From Octopus vulgaris (taxonomy: Eukaryota): DNA of 64,000 bases. The stretch is from assembly GCA_951406725.2 (NCBI GenBank), contig OX597841.1, positions 124,001-188,000 on the forward strand, given 5' to 3'. The number at the start of each line of letters is the position of its first letter. Positions within the stretch are counted from its first letter, which is position 1. Made by a program: the position numbers and the translations under genes. A model generated the notes under the pieces. It saw nothing but the letters and a program-made list of their open reading frames with translations, was not told where the DNA came from and did not search any database. Below, one piece after another: positions 29,191-43,912 of the stretch.

Positions 29191-30326
29191 CTGTTGTAAT
29201 ATAGATTTGTTTCTATACTGAATTTTGTTGTCTTTTCGTTGCCCTAGGAAACACAACTCTTGTGAGTAATGGAAAACATTAAATATAACAGAAAATCATT
29301 TGGAAAATGACAAGATTAAAATGAAGCCACGAATGTGTATGGATTTTGTAGACATGTTGCTCAGTTTTAAGAAACTCATCGCTTAAAAGCTAGAATATAC
29401 GTTGTACAATTTTTAACAGTGAACTGTATTTAACAGTATGTCGGTACTCGGGTAAAGTATGAAAGCAATAATGAGAACTGAAAATGTTGGAGTAAATATT
29501 CAGTTAAATAAATTAATTTAGTTCAAGTTGACAATATTACATATAAGATGTTCATACTTATATATCGACTGACAGACACCAGAGTAGGTTGGTTGGTTGA
29601 ATTAAATCTTATATTGATTATCATCAACATGACTGGCTTTCATGTTTAGAAATTCATGTTTCGGCGGCAGAAAATAATTCAATGTTTAGGTCGATAAATT
29701 TCGATGAAACTCAACAATCAGGAGAATCAGTGTTGTCATAAGTTCAAACCATGGTTGCATTTATTGAAACAGAAATCGATTGAAAAACAACATAAAAATG
29801 TAACATTAATTATTTATGTGGCAGTAATTATATATTAATGGAGCATTAATTGTATATGTGGCAGCAATTATATATTGAGGCTAGCGTAGTACAAGGGACT
29901 ACGAAGAAGGAAAAGGAGGGGGCCCACATATTAAAAAAACAATTGTTTCTGAAGCACTTTTTCCAATAGAACCCAGACATGCGATTAGTTTTCATCCTTG
30001 GTATACACTCTATCCCTTCTCTACGTACTGCTACTCGAGCCATTACTGCGGAAGCTGAGGGTTGGGAGGGGCATTCTGCGTGAATTTGGATATGGAAGGT
30101 TCGTGTCGGCGTATGCGGGTGAATTCACCGTGATAGTGTTGGACACCTCGCAAATTGAGATATAACGTCATAAGTAGCTAACAGAAAGAGTAGGGATATT
30201 AATAGTGAATGTTAAATATAAATATATATATGTATATATATATATACATAAATAATATATAAATATATCCGTATATACATATATATTTGTACACACCTAC
30301 ATACATATGTATACATATATATATGT

Positions 30327-30428
<102 letters not shown>

Positions 30429-30432
30429 CACG

Positions 30433-30468
<36 letters not shown>

Positions 30469-31004
30469 AATATCTATATCTACATCTATCTATCTGTCCA
30501 TCTCTTTCTCACTCTCTCTCTATGTATATATATATATATATATATATTTGTGTGTATTGTGTATTTGGTAAGGGGGTTTTATCATTATATTTGTATGTAT
30601 GAATTTCATTTATCATGATTGTTTTATTAAAGAATTTTTGAGTAAATTTAGTATTATAGCTTGGTATGTTGATCATGGTAGTTTTATTTTATTTGGGTAT
30701 TGTTTGTAGCCATTTATACGTATATTTAGATGTTTAGGAGGGTGTCCGTGAATATGCATGTGCATGAGTGTGTGTGCACGTGTGCGCGTGTATAAGTGCA
30801 TGTGTAGATGCGGGAGTGCATGAGCGCTATGTAAAAGTGTGTGCTTGTGTATGCACTTGTATACATGCATGGTTGATTGGGCTTGAGGTTGCACCCGTTT
30901 GCGTGTACACACTCATATATACATATAATAAATATTCATTTATTTATTTTTTTGTGTATGTGTGTATTTATATATATATGTGTATTTGATGATATGTGTG
31001 ACTG

Positions 31005-31065
<61 letters not shown>

Positions 31066-31982
31066 GGATGTATATATATTTATTTATTCATCTATATGGG
31101 TGTGGGTGTGAATATATTGGTGTATATATCGAGTTTTGTACGTATGTATATGTATGTGTGAGTGGGTATATGATTATGTTGTGGGTGTGTGTTATACGTG
31201 TGTGTATTTGTATGTGAATGTATAGATTAGGGGATTGCTATATAGGTATGTTATTGTGTTTGGTTAAAGGGAGGTTTTATCATTATATGTATATATGGGT
31301 TTCGTTTATCATGATTGTTTTATTAAAGAATTTTATAGTAAATTCTGTCTAATTACGTTTATTAACATATTATTCCATTCTATTCCATTCATAATTTAAA
31401 TAACGTTCGTTCATAACGCGCAGAATGAAATGTTTATATTGTTGTGGTTGAGTATATGCGGATGCTGGTTGTGTTGTTGTCATGCAGAGTGAGTGTGTTT
31501 ATGAATGAGGGTTGTATGTGTGTGTGAGGGAGTATGAATAAGTAATGTGTTGAAGTATTTGGCTATTTTATTAATTTATCGTTGCCTAGATGTTTATGTG
31601 TATGTATAGAGATATATATGGGCGTGTGAGTTAGTGTATGTATTTAGATATGTTTATATATACTTAGATATATGTGTATGAGCATGTGTGTATATATAGT
31701 TTATTTTTATTTTTGTTTTTTGTTTTTTGTTTTTTGTTTTTTGTTCTTTGGTTTTGTTTTTTGTTTTTTGTTTTTTGAAATTAGATTCTTCATCTTTAAA
31801 TATGAGAACTTTAATAATAGGTTTCTTTATATTCAATTGTTTATAGAGGTTATATTAGTTCTTGATTATATTATATATAGATTATATATTTTTATATTTT
31901 TTCATTGATAAATTTATATTATTTATAGTTTTAGCCATTTTAAATTTAATTTTTAAAATATTGAAATTTTTAGATATGAAAT

Positions 31983-32026
31983 CCACCTGATGAATGTCAT
32001 TTGAAGACAGGAAACAATTGTAGTGG
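31983..32026 (+). ncRNA. Type-I hammerhead ribozyme motif
   Basis: CCAC-CTGATGA-A-TGTC-atttgaa-GACA-G-GAA-ACAATTGT-A-GTGG. Palindromic stem III and a GUA cleavage triplet. Confidence 0.75.
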
Positions 32027-32215
32027 CGATTTATTTACTTTATATTAAATTTTTTTTATGTATTGATTAAGTCTTTCCTTGTTTGATTTGCAAAATAGTG
32101 GTTTTGTCTCTAATTAATATTATATAATATTTTACTATAAAATTGGATTCAATCCTAAATCTGATTTTTCCCTGTAAATTTGGATTTATTCCCTAATATT
32201 TATTATTAATATTAT

Positions 32216-32296
<81 letters not shown>

Positions 32297-33209
32297 TGTA
32301 TATATGTATATATAAATGTATCTGTTGTAATATAGATTTGTTTCTATACTGAATTTTGTTGTCTTTTCGTTGGCCTAGGAAACACAACTCTTGTGAGTAA
32401 TGGAAAACATTAAACATAACAGAAAATAATTTGGAAAATGACAAGATTAAAATGAAGCCACAAGCGGGTATGGATTTTGTAGACATGTTGCTCAGATGTA
32501 AGAAACTCATCGCTTAAAAGCTAGAATATAAATATAAAGGAAGGGGCTCACATATTAAAAAAAATTGTTTCTGAAGCACTTTTTCCAACAGAACCCAGAC
32601 ATGCGATTAGTTTCCATCCTTGGTATACACTCTATCGTAAGTTCAGCCAGTCAAGGATGCCAAATCTCATCCCTTCTCGACGTACTAGCACTCGAGCCAT
32701 TACTGCGGAAGCTGAGGGTTCGGAGGGGCATTCTGCGTGAATTTGGATATGGAAGGTTCGTGTCGGCGTATGCGGGTGAAATCACCGTGATAGTGTTGGA
32801 CACCTCGCAAATTGAGATGGTCGGCCGTACCCTAAGGAAATTCGAAGCAGTGACAGGATCAATGACTAAACAGAAGAAGTCAGTTGGGTCTGCAGCTCGG
32901 CACCTGGAGTGGCAGGCCCTTGCTAACCTACAGTGTTGTGATCGCTGGAAGGATGGACCTGTTACGTTGTTCAGGATATCCAAGTCCAGATCTCCAAGTG
33001 GACTAGAACTGGTGTGAGGTGAAAGACAGGGTGGCCAGTGTCACCCAGAAATGGGCCTAGCGGAAGCTGTCCATGAAAGTTCTGTCGTCCCTTGTCCCGC
33101 TTCGTGGCAGAACGGGCTGGTGCGTATGCTCTTATGCTTCTTGTGGAAGGGTCAGTCACCGCTTGTCAGACAGTCCATTTGCTGTCAACACCCGTTGCGA
33201 GGAGGATTG

Positions 33210-33316
<107 letters not shown>

Positions 33317-33460
33317 TCCAGGATTCAAGAGAATCGGGTACTTAAACACAAAGGTTAGGTCGGCGATAGCGCAATCGTGTAGAAGAATACATAAGAAAAA
33401 ATCCCTACTCACGTATTGTGAATCACAATCCATTTGTTGCTTTTTGTTTATATATATATA

Positions 33461-34460
33461 CAGGGTGTCCCGAAATTAAAGCAAACCAGGTTTCGGGCTT
33501 TAATTACTATCAATAAATGTGATAAGATATGAAAATTATACATCATTATAAAAGCTCAGTGTGTTTTCTTTTTATTTCTACTAAATAAATTTCGATTCAT
33601 AAATGACATCATGGCTAGAGACCGAAATATAATCGTAACCCTCCACAAAGGGGGCTATAGAAAAAAGCATAAAATTAACCGAAGAATAGTTTGGAAAATT
33701 GTAAATGAACTTCAAGAGAGTTGTGGCATCGACGATCGACTTAGACGTCGCCGAAAAAGAAGTTGGCCTACCCTTCAGCTGATCAGTTGTACCAGATGAA
33801 GGACACGGCGAACTTCTCGTCGTTCTGTCTGAAAATTTGCTACCACAGCAAAAACAAGCGGAGCAGCGATGTATCGAGTGCTGAAGGTGGATCTCACGAC
33901 CCACCCCTAGGAGATAATCCGACGACTGGAGATCACGCAAGTTTACAAGGCCTTCCAAACTAGAGAGAAATCGTCTTATCTTGCGTCAGATTGCTGAAGG
34001 CACGCTCGCGGATGAAAAGATACTTGGCATCGAACTGACAGTAAAATACCAGAAGGATCAACGTTCGAGGGTATCTGGTTCTGTCATGATTAGACTCGTA
34101 AATCGACGTCCAAATCCACTGTCACTTGAGGTTTGGACTGTTGTGACAGCTACTGGAAGGTCTCCTCTCGTTTTCGTGACCTCGGATGATGAAACAAATT
34201 CCCAGCAATACATTAGCGACATTCAGGTAGCTGAACCGTTTCTATGGGCTGATGAGGACTTTCCAGGGGCACCTTCGAGACTCCAGCAGGAATCACCACA
34301 TTCCCACAGTTCCGAGCAAACACAACACTCGATTCAGAAAGCATTCAGTCTTTCATAAGCAAGGATGTATGGACCTCAAAAAGCTCCGATGTCAACTCGT
34401 TGGAGTTTTTCCTGTTTGGCCCATTTTGGATCCGAGGCTCTCGGTACCCTGAAAGCAAAT
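33461..34460 (+). mobile_element. Tc1/mariner-superfamily remnant inserted at TA (copies start at 56164 and 63679)
   Basis: (TA)n|CAGGGTGTCCC terminus. The decayed transposase reads VWTVVTATGRSPLVFV..NSQQYI..QQESPHSH. Confidence 0.7.
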
Positions 34461-35715
34461 CTGCGCTCAGTCCCGAAATATATTAAAATCTTGCTATGGA
34501 AATATTGAAAAATTTGTTCGCCCTGATTTGGGGATACACATAAGCGCGCGCGCACGCACACGCATACACTCACACATTCGAGCACGCACACACACACTTA
34601 TGAAAGCAGTCTCTGTTATGGTTGAAATAGTGAGTGCACTGATTCAGAAATATGCTTACTTTTCATCATCCATGGTGATTGATTTCAATGATTTGAATGA
34701 TTTTCTTTAATGGAAGACTTCGGTCCAGCGACCTTCAACGTATCTCCACCTATAGAAACACCAGCATCACATCACCCCATCACCAGGTATTAACACTACA
34801 ACATCAGTATCAAAAACACCAGAGCTGCATTACTGCTAACATCGGAACGACTTCAACAACTACACAGGCGTATCTTCTGTATGTTTCGTGAAGCGCATTT
34901 CTCTACTCAAGAACTTCTTTCCTTCGTAGTAACAAAGAAGACGTATTGAAAAGTTTGGTGTATTTTCACTCTTCTGGAGAAATACAAGCATATTAGTAAA
35001 CAAGATTGATCTGAGTGTATGGTACTGTGGTTTTTGGTCTGTCTGCGTCTTTTGGTAATATCGGACAAGTCTAAGTCTGAAGGTGATACTGATAAGAGAA
35101 CATAGGACAGCCAGCATTGGACAGATCTGGCATTTATGAAAAGTCCTGATATCTGTACATTCTACTGTGGTTAATAGAAGAAAGTACTTACAATAGAAGA
35201 CAGGAAGGAGAGCAGAGAGAAGTTGTGCCCTTAATGAACAGTCCTGAAAAGAAGTCCTCACATAACCACCTAAAGTGTAGGGGCGGCCCTGCACCTCAGT
35301 GAAAGTAAGTGTTTTCTTTTTTTTATCGCATTCTTCTTTATTTGCGACCGTATATATTATGATTAGGAGGTGAGTGTGTCTGTAATCGCGAATTATGAAG
35401 TGAGAAAGATTTTGAGACCGTGTTTAATCACCAGATCAACTCTGATCCAACAGAGCTATGTACTAAAATATTCCAAATGTGACCATCTCATCTTTTGTTA
35501 AGTGATAATGTATTTATGGTTACATCATCTGTTGGTTTCTGTTGCAGTTGTTTAGTAACACGTCATCACCAGTGGAGGTAACACATTCACGGATACAAAA
35601 AAAACATATATTAATAATAAATTAAATACAGAGATACAATTTTCAATCGATTAATTTATTTATATTATAACAATATACTATAATTATTATATAACAATTA
35701 TTAAAAAACCAAAAA

Positions 35716-35795
35716 AGCCAACAATTTGTTTCGGTTTATATACATCTTTTGATATATAAACAATTGATTTTCCTTATATAAGGCTCATCAGAGCC
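35716..35795 (-). ncRNA. Type-I hammerhead motif with branched stem II
   Basis: Minus strand reads GGCT-CTGATGA-G-[ccttatataagg hairpin; gtttatatatc-aaaa-gatgtatataaac hairpin]-C-GAA-ACAAATTGT-T-GGCT. Confidence 0.6.
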
Positions 35796-36263
35796 AGTGG
35801 TTTAAAGATTGACGAAATTCTGTGTGAAAATATGGTTGGATTGCAAAAATTAATTCCAATGTCTATGTATTATGAGCGTGAGCGTTAACTATTCAACTAC
35901 ATATCAATTACAATTAAAAAACAATAAAATAATTATAACGGACAAAATAATTAGATAAGTATAATCTACAGCTATCGAAATATATTAAAGGACTATGAAT
36001 TATATATATCCAAATTTTATTAATTCTTTCAGAAGGAGCGATATAACATTGTTGTAATAAGAATACAAGTTATATACTATCCAATACTATAATAATTATT
36101 ATTTTGGTTATTAGATTCGTTTAGAAAGAAAAAAACTATTTATTCATTATTGTCATTCTTATGATTATTATTATAATTGTCCCCAGTTTATTAATGAATA
36201 AAATTAATGTATTTATACATATAATCAATTAGTATATTGAACACAACTCTATTGTTTGTAATT

Positions 36264-36297
<34 letters not shown>

Positions 36298-36635
36298 AAT
36301 CCAATTTCTATATACAAGAAAAGGAGGTGCAGATACCACACAAGTAAGTCTATGACATTTCAATTTAAGACGGCATCGATGAATCGCATCTCATCTTTTC
36401 AAATATCATTAAAATATATCAAAATCTGAAGTAATAACAGTTCATCTTCTGTCTGGTGGACAGGAATATGTCTGGAGTTTTTTCGTTGAAATTTTCTTTA
36501 TATATAGATTGGTATATAGTTCAAAGTTTTAGAGAGAGAGAAAAGGGGTGTAGTTATCTATTGTCTAAAAGAAATATTTGTCTGATCCTGCCAAGGGAGT
36601 GGCTAAAATGTATATATTGACTGGCCTTTATATCT

Positions 36636-36691
<56 letters not shown>

Positions 36692-36698
36692 GTGTGTG

Positions 36699-36732
<34 letters not shown>

Positions 36733-36773
36733 CAGACAGATAGCTAGCTTGCTAGATAGATCGATAGACAGAC

Positions 36774-36829
<56 letters not shown>

Positions 36830-37961
36830 GCAAGTACTTCCACACACTTCCCGTCTACCAAATTCCCAAGTAGCCGCTTATTTTGACTGAACCAGGAGGC
36901 ACGTGATTTCCAAGCGACCGTCTTAACCTTACTGCTGTGCCCGCGCTTATATTGTGCCGTCTTTGTAGTTCATTAATGACCATGAATGAAAGCCCTAGAT
37001 TTCCACCCAACTGGGAAAGTGTTGTCTGTGTTTGAATAGTCCTATGCGCAAATGCCAGTACCTTCCACATTAGTCACACTTGTAGGTTGTACCTATGGTG
37101 TTTGGGTTTTTATGTTCTTCCATTCTGCTGTATTGTCTGGAATTAACCCTATGGAACAGAGAGTTCGATTTGTCCCAACCCTGGACACAGTTGCATGGAG
37201 ATTGTTGCCATGCAATGTGTCCCTGCTCTTTGCATCATTCATGGACCCAAAGGAACAACAACAAGCGTTGCAATTCCCTATCGGCCTCGTCGTAGGAGTT
37301 GCGAGAGTGAGCTGGTAGACAGCTTCGAACTGCCTCAGGGTGTTTCATGCTCGATTTTCCCTCAGTGTTTAGACCCAAACACCTTCCCATGGTTTAGTAT
37401 TGTTGCAAGGTGTCGGAGGTTTGGAATTAGAGTTTCCTTTCTCCTAAATGGGTTGCCCCCCCACCCAACACCAACAGGCTAATGAGCCCAATCTTTTATA
37501 CTGAATTACTAATTAACCTAAAGCTGGGACCTTGACGAGTACTTCGTCTCCGGGTCAGATAAGACCTTGGAACAACACTGGTTAATTAGGGCCCCGTACT
37601 GAATGCAATTTAAAGGACTTCCCAAGACCTATGTTTCTAAATTATAATTTTTTCTTTTTCGTTTTCTCTTCCAAACATTCTTCAACTCACACACAAACAC
37701 TCTCCATCTTCTCATTGTATCTCTCTCTTTTTTTTCAGGATTTTTTTCTGTTACTCTTTCACGCTTTGCCACCCTTTCTATGTTTCTCTTCCCCGTTCCA
37801 TCTTTATTTATTAAAATTCATCTTGTCTCCTTGCTGAATCTCCTTATATCACTCCCCACCTCATCCGTTCTCTCCTTCACACCATTTCTTTCCCTTTCTG
37901 TCTCCCTCTAATAATCTCAAAGCCAAGAATGTCCCTGTTTCTTTTTACCCGTCCTGCTGCA

Positions 37962-38259
37962 ATGGATGTGCTGCTGTTAGCTCTTACAACAATCCTGGCT
38001 GTCACCTCAGGTCAGAAATGTGATGACGCTTACTACAATCGTTTGGGACCTGGTTATTCCTATGCTTATATCGGGACACCTCCAACAGAACGATTCCCCA
38101 CCGTATCAAGTCTACTGGAATGTGCCGGCATCGCTCTACAGAGACAATCAGAATTCTTCACTTACAACAACGCCAGCCGTGTTTGTAAGAATTACTCACC
38201 GAAAGATATAATGACAGTCGTCAGCACCAATGACAACAACGAGACTTCCTTCTATAGAT
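37962..38259 (+). CDS. Secreted-protein paralog B, coding exon 1: signal peptide plus degenerate PAN/Apple-like domain
   Basis: MDVLLLALTTILAVTSG is a hydrophobic signal-like N-terminus (an alternative in-frame ATG is at 37929). SLLECA...FTYNN..RVC resembles the PAN/Apple pattern. T|gtaagt donor is phase 1, matching exon 2. Confidence 0.85.
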
Positions 38260-39077
38260 GTAAGTGAATCTTCTTTATTATTACTGTTGACTTATTTTTA
38301 CATTGTTCGGTCAGATCAAAGTACCAGTTAAACATTAGCGGTCGATGAAATCGACTTACTCATCTACCCTCGAAATTGCTGGCCAAGATTTCGAAACCAT
38401 TTTATAGTAGCTGTAGATATTATTGTTTCTATTGCTGTTAACCAACATTTCAATTTTATTTGTCTTTCTTGTTCACTTAGTCTTTGTCGAGTTACAGCAA
38501 ACATTCCCTTTTTAAACCATATCTCCTTCATTCTGTCCGATGAAGCCAAATCTACTACTTTCGTTCCGGATGTGACATTCCTTCATCAATGCAATCCGTC
38601 TTTCTTCCTTTCCTTCGTACTACAGTCGCTAGATGACGACCGGACCTACCCTGCCGGGCGAGAGATCTTCAACGTTCACAATTCAAATCTCATTCTCACT
38701 ATTGTTCAGATCATTTTCTACTTGGCATTTTCACTCATACAGAGAGTTGCGATAATGAGGTGATACAATTACCGTTATTTTTGTTGAGACATCATCCCTA
38801 AATTGATTGCTCAGCCCCAGTCAAATGCCAGCCTGGTATTTCAAGGTCACGTCTTGGACTTTCAGGTACTACAATTTTCCCTAAGCTTACATTGCGGGGA
38901 TCATTTTAAGAGTAACGTCTTTATTCCCACATCTTGTCACAAACGGGTACAGTTTAACACCAGAGCCACACAATTCCAAGCCTCATGCTTTAATAGAAAA
39001 GAGTCTAGTTATCATCATCATCATCATCATCATCATCTTCATCATCAGTATTATCATTATTATTATTATTATTATTA

Positions 39078-41605
39078 CATTTTTCTTCTTCTTTCAAATT
39101 TACTTCCATTTCTTGCCGAGCGTCTTCCCGACTCCTAGGGCAAAGAAACTCATAGTATACATTGGTAGGCCATTAAACCAACCTCAATAGTTCGTTCATT
39201 TTTTAACTTTTTCTTTTAAGGTTGAATTAAAATACATGGGCAGTAACAGCTCTCACAGCGACAATGCTCTTCTCAATACGTGTGATGTACCAGTTAAGAC
39301 AATCTTTTGCACTTCTTGCAGGGATGGTACGCCAGGGATCATTCTCATATAATTTTCGGTTCCCTTCTTGATCATTCCTAGTGCTCCTACGATCACTGGT
39401 ATTGTAACCGCCTTGAGATACCACATTTTCTCAATTTCAATGAGCAGGTCTTTATATTTTCTGAGCTTGTCAAACTCTTTCGCCGAGATATTATGATTAC
39501 AGGGGATGCTCATGTCGATCAATAAGCAAAATTTATTGTTTTTGTCTTTCACAACAATATCTGGTTTATTGGCTTTGATGGTTCGGTCTGTATGTACTGG
39601 AAAGTCCCACAGAATCGTTACATTTTCTCCTTCAGTTACAGCTTCAGGGTGGTGATTATACCACTTGTCGGCAGTTTGATATTGTAATGCCGACTTATTA
39701 GCCAGTGTAGATATTGGCCAACTCTGTCATGTCTTAATTTATACTCCACTGGTGCTAAGTCTTTACATCCAGAGATTAGGTGGTCCACTGTTTCAATCAT
39801 GTCATTGCAGAATCGGCATTTTTTGTCTGCTCCATTTTTCATTACATTGGCCTGGTAGTTCCGGGTTAATAGGCTTTGATCTTGAGCAGCGAGGATGAAA
39901 CCTTCACTTTCTGCTTTTAGCCCTGAGCTCCGTAGCCACTGATGGGTTTGCTTCTGGTCATCATCAGCTTGTTTGCTACGGGCCACATATTTGCCGTGCA
40001 GAGGTTTCTCCTCCCACCTATCAGCCAATTGCTCGTGCGCTTTTTTCGTTGCCATTATTTTCAACTTCTTTGCAACAATAGTTGCTGTACTTCCCTCGGG
40101 TTGTACAGTTTGGGTATCCTGCACGAGATCAATAGCAATTTTTTTGCTTTCCTTTATGATAGAATGAAGCTTGTTTCGTCTCTCGTGATTTTCCACGAGC
40201 TTTAGCATCCAGTCATTCGTTATTTCAAGATATTTGGCCAGTCCAGTTGTGGTTGTTTTGTAAGCTAGTTCAAATTGGATCAGGCCTCAAACTCCTTGGG
40301 CTCTGGGAAGGTAAAGGCGATCTACGTCTGCCTTTGGGTGGTGCATGCTATTACAACTCAGCAGCTTGCGTATTTTCCTGTCCATATTCTTTACTTCACT
40401 CATATTCCAGTTCAACACCTTGTAGCTATAAGTAACAACTGGAACTGCTAGGGAATTTATAGCTAACACCTTGTTACGTGCATTTAGTTCAGATTTCAGG
40501 ACTGCACGAACTCTCCTATAGCATTCCTACCTGATCTTCTCTTTCATGCTTGCATGCTGAATACCAGAGCCTTCATTTATCCCTAAATATTTGTATGTTT
40601 GTTCTTGCTCAAGCTCTCTTATGACTGTGTCAACATCTAACACGACTGAATTTGTGGTCTTCAATTTCCCTTTCTGGAAAGTGGCTTGGCACACTTCTCA
40701 AGCCCAAACTCCATCCCGATGTCATCGGTGGATGCTTTCACAGTGCGCAATAGGCCTTCAAGTTCATTATTGTCTTTACCATAGAGTTTTAAGTCATCCA
40801 TATAAAATAGATGGCTTATTTTTTTATTGGCAATTTTATACCCATACCCTGTTCTGTTTAATTCACTTGAAAGGGGTATTAGGGCTATGCAGAATATTAA
40901 AGGTGAAAGTGAGTCACCTTGAAAAATTCCACAGTTGATGTTTATATTTTCTGAGGCAAGTACTCCATTAGAGTGGTATAATTGGAGATTCGTATTCCAC
41001 AACGACATATTGTGCTTCAGGAAGCTTGAAATCACAGGGGAAATTTTGAAGATGTCCAGCGATCTCAAGATCCATGGATGCGGTATACTGTCGAAGGCCT
41101 TTTTATAGTCAATCCATGCGAAGCTGAGATTTCTGCGCTTGTTGTGACAGTTCTCAAGGATCATACGATTAATTAGCAGTTGATCTTTGCATCCGTATGA
41201 GCCTCGGCGACACCCTTTTTGTTCAATGGGGAAAATATCGTTCTTCTCCATGAATGCATATGTTTTCTCCGTCAGGATAGATGTTAGGATTTTATACGTG
41301 GTGGATAGACAGGTTATAGGCCGATAGTTTTATAGAAGGTTGGTTTCGTTATTCTTTGGGAGTAGGTAAGTAATACCACTTGCTAACCATTCAGGTGTTT
41401 TCTTTGGGTCTCTCATAATTCCATTGAGCAGCTGAACTAGCTTACCGTGTGCGCATGGGAGAGATGCGAGAGAGAAATTCGACACCCTATCTTTACCGGG
41501 GGATTTCCAATTATGGGCGTTCGTGAGTGCCTTTCTTAAGTCTGCTATTGTGATGTCTTCCCATGCTTATTGTTGTAAATTTTGGTAGGATCCTTCAGTT
41601 TGTAT
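39078..41605 (-). mobile_element. 5'-truncated R4/Dong-clade non-LTR retrotransposon (RT plus restriction-like endonuclease) in intron 1 of paralog B
   Basis: EQKGC, IDYKKAFDS, GIFQGDSLSP, HLFYMDDLKL, CCHC (CRFC..ETVDHLISGC), RHD and KPDIVV..LLIDM motifs. Several frameshifts. Both ends abut (TAT)n/(TAA)n tracts. Confidence 0.93.
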
Positions 41606-41607
41606 AA

Positions 41608-41671
<64 letters not shown>

Positions 41672-42172
41672 GGTATTATTGAGTGAAAGAGCAGTGCATG
41701 CCATTGAAGTTAAGCTAGGGTAAAATATACGAAGCCCAGTATATCCATCATGACTACCCGTCTGATAAGGGTACACCAGGCACATGCATCACCAACATAT
41801 ATGCGTGACATGGTGACCTCATATCAATATAAACAACGCACAACCTTGCAGATAGGGTCCAGTTAGAATTTTCTTCAGGTTGAGTAGCCCATCCTGCTGA
41901 AAAGTTCCATGAATAATGTTTGTTTAAGAATGATGAACAGAACACGCATGTTTTCAGAGGCGAATTATTCAAACCCCAAAGAATTCCTTTGAAAACATGG
42001 CTATGATGTTCCCCACTACATCTCCTCGTGATCAGACTTGCATATATCGCAGGCCACTAAGGGACATGCTCATCCTGTTAAGGTCAAGCAGCTGGCAAGC
42101 AAATCTGTGGCATGGAGCAGAATATGTGCTGTTGATCATCTTTTATACCAAGACAAAACAATGTAATGATCA

Positions 42173-42510
42173 TGCTTCAAGAACCCTGCAAAGAATTCTT
42201 GCAGTTCCAAGCAATGCTGAGTTTTGTAGGCGTTCTACCTTCACACTTTCACCGATCATTTTCAGTCATGTTGATACATCCAAGTGCACCAATTACTATG
42301 GGTAACAAGTCTACTCTCTTCATTGACCGCAACCTACGTATTTGCCACTTTAAGTCGTCATAGGTGCTTGCTCTTTCTTCTTCTGTCGCATTGATCCTGT
42401 TGTCCATGGGGCATGCTATGTCGATGATGATACATATTCTTTCTTTTTAATTCACCACAACATTGCCCACTCTCCGATGTCTGGTCAGGTGATCGCCACG
42501 ACCCCTGAAT
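42173..42510 (-). mobile_element. Older R4/Dong-like 3' fragment
   Basis: Minus strand reads CIIIDIACP...ALLGTARILCRVLEA. Confidence 0.65.
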
Positions 42511-42984
42511 ATATCACAGAATTAATGGTGAACTTTTTTGGTTTTTCTGAAACCATTATCCCAAAAACCTGAAAGTGTAGCCTGTGTTGTGTCTGTATCG
42601 AAAGATAGTCGCTCATCTGCTACTCATTGAAGAAAACTGAAGGAAGCTGCAATACAATGATTATTTAACGCACTTTATTATATATACTTTATATACTTTA
42701 TACACCAATTCATAGACTTAACACACAGCACTCTCCTTCCTTCTCTCTCATTCTTCGCCTTATCCTCTTTTTCTTTCTACTCTTTTTTTTTCACTGTTCG
42801 CCTTTACCTTCAACTCAATACATGAAAGCGTTAGAGACCGGCTTAAAACGTGTTAAAAAGTAACATGTTTCACTCACCACCACTCTCCCTCTTCCCAACC
42901 TTCCCCTCCTTCCACTTTCAGCTAATCATGTGAAAGAGTTACGAATGAGCTAAGGAAAAGAGAAACAAGCAGAATTTCTGTAAG

Positions 42985-43047
42985 AGTATTATCATTCTTC
43001 TTCTTCTTCTTCTTCTTCTTCTTCTTCTTCTTCTTCTTCTTCTTCTT

Positions 43048-43136
<89 letters not shown>

Positions 43137-43186
43137 CATTATTATTATTAATATTATCAATATTAATATTATTATTATTATTATTA

Positions 43187-43224
<38 letters not shown>

Positions 43225-43303
43225 GTTATTATTATCAATATTAATATTATTATTATTATTATTATTATTATCATTATCAATATTAATATTATTATTATTA
43301 TCA

Positions 43304-43361
<58 letters not shown>

Positions 43362-43825
43362 CATTCTATGTTTGACTTTTGCTTTATATTTGTACAACTT
43401 GGCTCCAAGTCTCACCCAGAGACCTCAAGAGACAACAGGTTGGAAGTTCACGTTGTTGTTATGCCTAGTGTGCCATGTATATGTGTTTTTTTGGTGTTGT
43501 ACTAGTGAATGTCTAATAAATAAATTAAAAAAAAAAAAGGAAAAGTTTGTTTTAAACCTTGGGATTACGTAGAAAGTATTTTGCGTTGGATATGAACAGT
43601 TCCCATGAGCACTATCTTTTGAATTTCTGCCATTTTGGGGTTTCCTGGTATCTGAGTTAAGTAGCAATCAGCCCCTTTCGCTATCATTCCCAGGGCACCT
43701 ATGACAACAGGTATTGTTTTAGTCTTCAGGTTATTATTATTATCATTATTATTATAATTATTATTATTATTATTGTTTTTATAATTCTTCTTCTTCTTCT
43801 TCTTCTTCTTCTTCTTCTTCTTCTT

Positions 43826-43912
<87 letters not shown>

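Noticed and set aside
34860-35294. 144-aa minus-strand ORF
   Set aside because: Non-ATG start, no motifs and no splice support.
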